64,000 bases of DNA from Macrostomum lignano. Taxonomy: Eukaryota. Below the pieces are notes generated by a model, which had not been told where the DNA came from, did not search any database, and saw only the letters and a list, made by a program, of their open reading frames with translations. The number at the start of each line of letters is the position of its first letter. Position 1 is the first letter of the stretch. A program made the translations under genes and the position numbers. Shown here in pieces: positions 57,651 to 64,000 of the stretch. Location of the stretch: the NCBI GenBank assembly GCA_002269645.1, contig NIVC01001475.1, positions 186,001-250,000 of the forward strand. The letters run 5' to 3'.

Positions 57651-59152
57651 CCCAGTCAGTTTGTGTCTCAACCCCCCCCCAACCCCAGTCAGTTTGTGTC
57701 TCAACCCCTCCCCCCAACCCCAGTCAGTTTGTGTCTCAACCCCCCCCCAACCCCAGTCAGTTTGAGCCCCAACCCCCCAACCCCAGTCAGTTTATTCCCC
57801 AACCCCTCAACCCCAGTCAGTTAGTGCCACAACCTTAGTCAGTTTGAGCCCCAACCCCAGTCAGTTTGAGCCCCAACCCCAGTCAGTTTGAGGCCCAACC
57901 CCAGTCAGTTTGAGGCCCAACCCCAGTCAGTTAGTGCCCCAACCTCCCAACCTCAGTCAGTTAGTGCCCCAACCCCAGTCAGTTAGTGCCCCAACCCCAG
58001 TCAGTTAGTGCCCCAACCCCAGTCAGTTAGTGCCCCAACCCCAGTCAGTTAGTGCCCCAACCCCTAACCCCAGTCAGTTAGTGCCCCAAGCCCAGTCAGT
58101 TAGTGCCCCAACCCCTAACCCCAGTCAGTTAGTGCCCCAACCCCTAACCCCAGTCAGTTAGTGCCCCAACCCCAGTCAGTTAGTGCCCCAACCCCTAACC
58201 CCAGTCAGTTAGTGCCCCAACCCCCAACTCCAGTCAGTTTGAGCCCCAAGCCCAGTCAGTTAGTGCCCCAACCCCTAACCCCAGTCAGTTAGTGCCCCAA
58301 CCCCTAACCCCAGTCAGTTAGTGCCCCAACCCCCAACCCCAGTCAGTTTGAGCCCCAACCCCAGTCAGTTTGAGGCCCAACCCCAGTCAGTTAGTGCCCC
58401 AACCCCCAACCCCAGTCAGTTTGAGCCCCAACCCCAGTCAGTTTGAGGCCCAACCCCAGTCAGTTTGAGGCCCAACCCCAGTCAGTTAGTGCCCCAACCT
58501 CCCAACCCGAGTCAGTTAGTGCCCCAACCCCAGTCAGTTAGTGCCCCAACCCCTAACCCCAGTCAGTTTGAGCCCCAACCCCAGTCAGTTTGAGGCCCAA
58601 CCCCAGTCAGTTAGTGCCCCAACCCCCCAACCTTAGTCAGTTTGAGCCCCAACCCCAGTCAGTTAGTGCCCTAACCCCAGTCAGTTTGAGGCCCAACCCC
58701 AGTCAGTTTGAGGCCCAACCCCAGTCAGTTTGAGGCCCAACCCCAGTCAGTTTGAGCCCCAACCCCAGTCAGTTAGTGCCCCAACCTCCCAACCCCAGTC
58801 AGTTAGTGCCCCAACCCCAGTCAGTTAGTGCCCCAACCCCAGTCAGTTAGTGCCCCAACCCCCCAACCCCAGTCAGTTAGTGCCCCAACCCCAGTCAGTT
58901 AGTGCCCCAACCCCAGTCAGTTAGTGCCCCAACCCCAGTCAGTTAGTGCCCCAACCCCCCAACCCCAGTCAGTTAGTGCCCCAACCCCCCAACCCCAGTC
59001 AGTTAGTGCCCCAACAACCCCCCAACCCCAGTCAGTTAGTGCCCCAACCCCCAACCCCAGTCAGTTAGTGCCCCAACCCCCCAACCCCAGTCAGTTAGTG
59101 CCCCAACCCCCAACCCCAGTCAGATTGAGCCCCAACCCCCAACCATAGTCAG
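57651..59152. repeat. C-rich minisatellite (CCCCAACCCCAGTCAGTTAGTG and variants, 22-30 bp)
   Basis: About 60 variant copies; G-run-rich on the minus strand. Confidence 0.95.
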
Positions 59153-59724
59153 TTGGTGCTCTTAATTATAATGCTTATAAAGATAAACGATCGATAGTCT
59201 ATATAGCTAGATAATCTGGCAGGATCTACTCGTATATACGAACTTCAAGCAGTTTGTCTAGCAGTTTGTCATAGCAATGTATACATGCAAGCATGCATTC
59301 AGAAATTGGCATTGAGAAAATGCAGTGCGGAGAGTCTTCCATAGCTTACAGTGCTTTCACATCCGGCAGCTACCACCAGGATTTGAACACGTCGCCCATA
59401 GCCAGAATTATAAATATTGTTATGGCCATGGCTATGCAGGTAATTATAGCGATGAAGATTTGAAATTTTGTCTCGCAGCAGCACTTCACCCAGGCCATTG
59501 TTTGTGTTTATTTGGTTAGCAACTACAGGTGTAGCTATATTCGGTAACAAGAGAACAGGGGGATGGCAGATTTGCAAAGTTTACTCATATATGTTTCTTC
59601 CCATCCAATCTGAGCTCAGCAATTCGGCTGACCAATCGAAGGGATGCAGAGTAGCAGCTTAGCGATTGACACTCGTGCTGCTGTAGCACGGGTGCCACAG
59701 TACCCGGATCACATTAATTTGGGG

Positions 59725-60030
<306 letters not shown>

Positions 60031-60586
60031 GTAATAGCAATCTCTGTATCAATTACGAGTATTTTATTGACTTCTATAACTTGGCAAAAGTATGGGAGAA
60101 AAAGCGTATACATCACAGGAGAAGCTATTTGCTTGAACGGGATGGGCTGTGAAGCAAGCGAGGGAAACCTCGGAGAAGCATTGAGATTGAGACTAATGGC
60201 GTTCTGGACAGCAGGAAAGAAACCGTAGCCATGCAGGATGTAAAATTGATCCTGGGAAGTGAGTTGGCAAGAAAATCCCCTACTGCACTATTGCTGCTGC
60301 TGCTGCTGTCTTAGTCAATACTTTTCTCTTACCTTAGCAGCTAGCTACGAACGATAGCTAAATACGATTAATACTTTTTCTATAGTCACTATTTTTCATG
60401 TCAGCCTCTATCAGCTGATCAGCTTCCGCCGCACCTAAGGTCTAATCGAATAGGCTATGTTACTATTAGCTACAGTGTATTAATCAGCAAACCATTCCAT
60501 AAATACATAGTTTTAGCTCATTTCTAAATTGGAAGACAATGACTTTTTATCTATTAGCCTTGGTCACTTCCAGTCCTTAGTCAAAT

Positions 60587-61455
60587 AATCATCCTTATCA
60601 GTGTTCGTCACTCCCTTATCACTCCCCAGTTAACTAAATCATCCTTATCAGTGTTCGTCACTCCCTTATCACTCCCCAGTTAACTAAATCATCCTTATCA
60701 GTGTTCGTCACTCCCTTATCACTCCCCAGTTAACTAAATCATCCTTATCAGTGTTCGTCACTCCCTTATCCCTCCCCAGTTAACTAAATCATCCTTATCA
60801 GTGTTCGTCACTCCCTTATCACTCCCTAATTAACTAATCATCCTTATCAGTGTTCGTCACTCCTTTATCACTCCCCAGTTAACTAATCATCCTTATCAGT
60901 GTTCGTCACTCCTTCATCACTCCCTAATTAACTAATCATCCTTATCAGTGTTCGTCACTCCCTTATCACTCCCTAATTAACTAATCATGCTTATCAGTGT
61001 TCGTCACTCCCTTATCACTCCCCAGTTAACTAAATCATCCTTATCAGTGTTCGTCACTCCTTTATCACTCCCTAATTAACTAATCATGCTTATCAGTGTT
61101 CGTCACTCCCTTATCACTCCCTAATTAACTAATCATCCTTATCAGTGTTCGTCACTCCCTTATCACTCCCTAATTAACTAATCATGCTTATCAGTGTTCG
61201 TCACTCCCTTATCACTCCCTAATTATCTAATCATCCTTATCAGTGTTCGTCACTCCCTTATCACTCCCTAATTAACTAATCATGCTTATCAGTGTTCGTC
61301 ACTCCCTTATCACTCCCTAATTAACTAATCATGCTTATCAGTGTTCGTCACTCCCTTATCACTCCCTAATTAACTAATCATCCTTATCAGTGTTCGTCAC
61401 TCCCTTATCACTCCCTAATTAACTAATCATGCTTATCAGTGTTCGTCACTCCCAC
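60587..61455. repeat. 49-50 bp minisatellite
   Basis: atcatccttatcagtgttcgtcactcccttatcactccccagttaactaa, ~17 copies. Confidence 0.95.
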
Positions 61456-61817
61456 TCCATGATTAATTATCTAATTACCGGATAAGTCCCGAATAATCTT
61501 CATCACTTCAAGTCTCGTGCCCCCGTCTTCGGGCCCAGCCTCAACAGCAGCTATAGCTAACCCATCTTGCGCATAGTCGGCAAACTTAGTCGCTTGCAAT
61601 GTAGCAGAGTTTTAAGAGAGAAAAGACCAGATTCTAGCTATGGAGGCAAGAAAAAGGCAGACTCCCAAAGCCTGCACTCTGTCAGCTCGCTACCGAACTG
61701 CGCATTGTAGGGCACAGCCTACATGTATATAAATTCGATACCAAGGATAGAAAGCTTTGCAGCTAAGAGAATTCAACCCTTTAATAATAAACTCCAATTC
61801 TATTATCTCCAACCACA

Positions 61818-63282
61818 ATGCTAGGCTTAGATTTTGTCGATTTTGTGCAGAAATGGCAGATTTCGAATTACGTAAGCGTTGAAGATTTCGCGGACAAGTT
61901 TAATTCGCTGTTCAGCACCCTGCTGCTGATCCTGTGCGCGCTGGTCATCTCCGCTAAGCAGTACGTCATGCAAGCCCTCAGCTGCAACTGTCCCAAAACT
62001 AATGCCGGAAAAACTATTGAGTACGTTGAGAACTTCTGCTGGGTCACCGGGACTTACGCGATTGGCGAGCACGAGGAACTGCCAGTAAAGGAAGCTGGTT
62101 GGAAGCTGTTCGAGTCCAGGCGGATCAGTGAGGAGTTCTTATATTTTTTTGCGCGTTTCTTTCAAAAATATTAGCATGAGAAACATGAGAGCAAGTCTCG
62201 GTAGAGCATGAGAAACGTCAGAGTAAGTCTCGATAGAGTATGAGAAACGTCAGAGCAAGTCTCGGTAGAGCATGAGAAATATGAGAGCAAGTCTCGGTAG
62301 AGCATGAGAAATATGAGAGCAAGTCTCGATAGAGCATGAGAAATATGAGAGCAAGTCTCGATAGAGCATGAGAAACGTAAGAGCAAGTCTCGATAGAGCA
62401 TGAGAAACATGAGAGAAAGTCTCGATAGAGCATGAGAAACATGAGAGAAAGTCTCGATAGAGCATGAGAAACATGAGAGAAAGTCTCGATAGAGCATGAT
62501 AAACGTGAGAGAAAGTCTCGATAGAGCATGAGAAACGTGGGAGCGTACACAACCGCCCCGAGCAAGACACTGCTCAGATTCTACTCAGCAAGTATTTTAA
62601 CAAAAATGTAACAAAGACACAATCACACGCCAAATAAAACATTTCAGATTACTACCAATGGGTGCCGTTCATGCTAGGCCTACAATGTGTCATGTTCTAT
62701 CTGCCGCATCTAATCTGGGTTGCTATGGTAACAAATCGACTTGGTTCAGACGCACAATACCTAGTAACGGAAGCCGCTTCGGTTGCTAAGGAAACCAGCA
62801 TTGATCGCCGCGATCAGGTGTTGAATCACCTGGCTAATTCGGTGCTGCACATGCAGACCGTACACCGGGAGTACAGCGATGGCCGATTGGCCAAATTCCG
62901 TAGCAAGCTGGTCCGCCTAGCCGGAGTCTGCTTTCCCAGCAAGCGACTTGGCACGGCGCTAGTGTTTGCCTACCTGCTTGTCAAGCTGCTGTACCTGGCT
63001 AACTGCTTCGGTCAGCTGTTCCTAATGCACAGCTTCCTCGGCCTTGGCGGGCATCATTTGGCGGTTACTAACCGTACCGCTGGAAGCTTGAATACCGCTG
63101 CCCGTCCCGGCTTGCTCGCCGAGATGCTGGGCTGGGACCTGGTGGCTGCCGTAGCCAGCGGGCGCGACTGGCACTCTGGCATGTTCCCGAGGTCCACCCT
63201 GTGCCGAGTCAGACTGCTCAGCGTCGGTCACGAGGTTCTGGTGTGCCAGTGCGCACTGCCGGTCAATATGCTCAATGAAAAG
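61818..63282 (+). CDS. inx: Innexin (gap-junction family), partial; join(61818..62127,62648..63282,...) continues beyond the window
   Basis: EDFADKFNS, KQY...C.CP, YVENFCWVTGTY, YYQWVPF created across a phase-1 intron, YLLVKLLYLAN, FPRSTLC and QCALPVNMLNEK are hallmark innexin motifs. Confidence 0.95.
62172..62540. repeat. 32-bp minisatellite in innexin intron 1
   Basis: gatagagcatgagaaacatgagagaaagtctc, ~11 copies. Confidence 0.95.
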
Positions 63283-63329
63283 GTAGAGCAAGGGGGATTG
63301 TGGAGTGGATGTTTTTACATTGAGCCCTT

Positions 63330-63900
63330 CTAGAGACCCTGACACTCTTTAGGAAGACCCTGACACTCTTCAGGAGACCCTGACACTCTTTAGGGAGACC
63401 CTGACACTCTTCTAGAGACCCTGACACTCTTCAGGAGACCCTGACACTCTTCAGGGGACCCTGACAGTCTTCAAAAGACCCTGACACCCTTCTAGAGACC
63501 CTGACACTCTTCAGGAGACCCTGACAGTCTTCAAGAGACCCTGACACCATTCTAGAGACCCTGACACTCTTTAGAAAGACCCTGATACTCTTCAGAAGAC
63601 CCTGACACTCTTCTAGAGACCCTGACACTCTTCAAGAGACCCTGACACTCTTCAGGAGACCCTGACAATCTTCTAGAGACCCTGACACTCTTCAAGAGAC
63701 CCTGACACTCTTCAGGGGACCCTGACACTCTTCAGGAGACCCTGACACTCTTCAGGGGATCCTGACAGTCTTCAAGAGACCCTGACACTCTTCAGGAGAC
63801 CTTGACACTCTTCTAGAGACCCTGACACACTAGACAGCCTGACACCCTAGAGAGCCCGACAGCCTAGAGACCCTGACACCCTAAAGACCCTGACACGCTT
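63330..63900. repeat. 21-bp minisatellite in innexin intron 2
   Basis: gagaccctgacactcttcagg, ~27 copies. Confidence 0.95.
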
Positions 63901-64000
63901 AGGGACCAAAAAAGACCTACAAGAGTTCCTGACACATTTCTGACTGAATTTGAGCATGAATAAGCACACAGCAACCCTGCAGAACTTATATAAATTAATC

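Overview
This is eukaryotic (metazoan) genomic DNA with GT-AG introns. The very high tandem-repeat load and the gene content suggest a free-living flatworm such as Macrostomum, but that assignment is inference. I reconstructed six host genes by hand. (1-2) Two tandem paralogous neuropeptide precursors encode multi-copy -NVFRWamide peptides. The first (8495-9420) is intact with 14 copies. The second (20947-23512) has 9 copies, and its signal-peptide exon is split by a 1.9-kb solo LTR with an ATTC target-site duplication. (3) An intronless ILRUN/C6orf106-like gene on the minus strand. (4) An orphan type-I membrane mucin-like protein. (5) A six-exon, ~1345-aa membrane mucin with the order signal peptide-STP-EGF-SEA-EGF-EGF-TM. 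(6) An innexin that runs off the window. Between the genes lie a decayed Gypsy element with a LINE nested in its integrase, two related solo LTRs, a near-intact IS630/Tc1-type transposon, and a dense nest of TIR elements around a Crypton-like tyrosine recombinase fragment (31-43 kb). The octamer CCATAGAC/GTCTATGG is strongly over-represented in that nest. About 20 mini- and microsatellite arrays are present, several filling introns almost end to end. All coordinates and counts were made by eye and may be off by a few bases.
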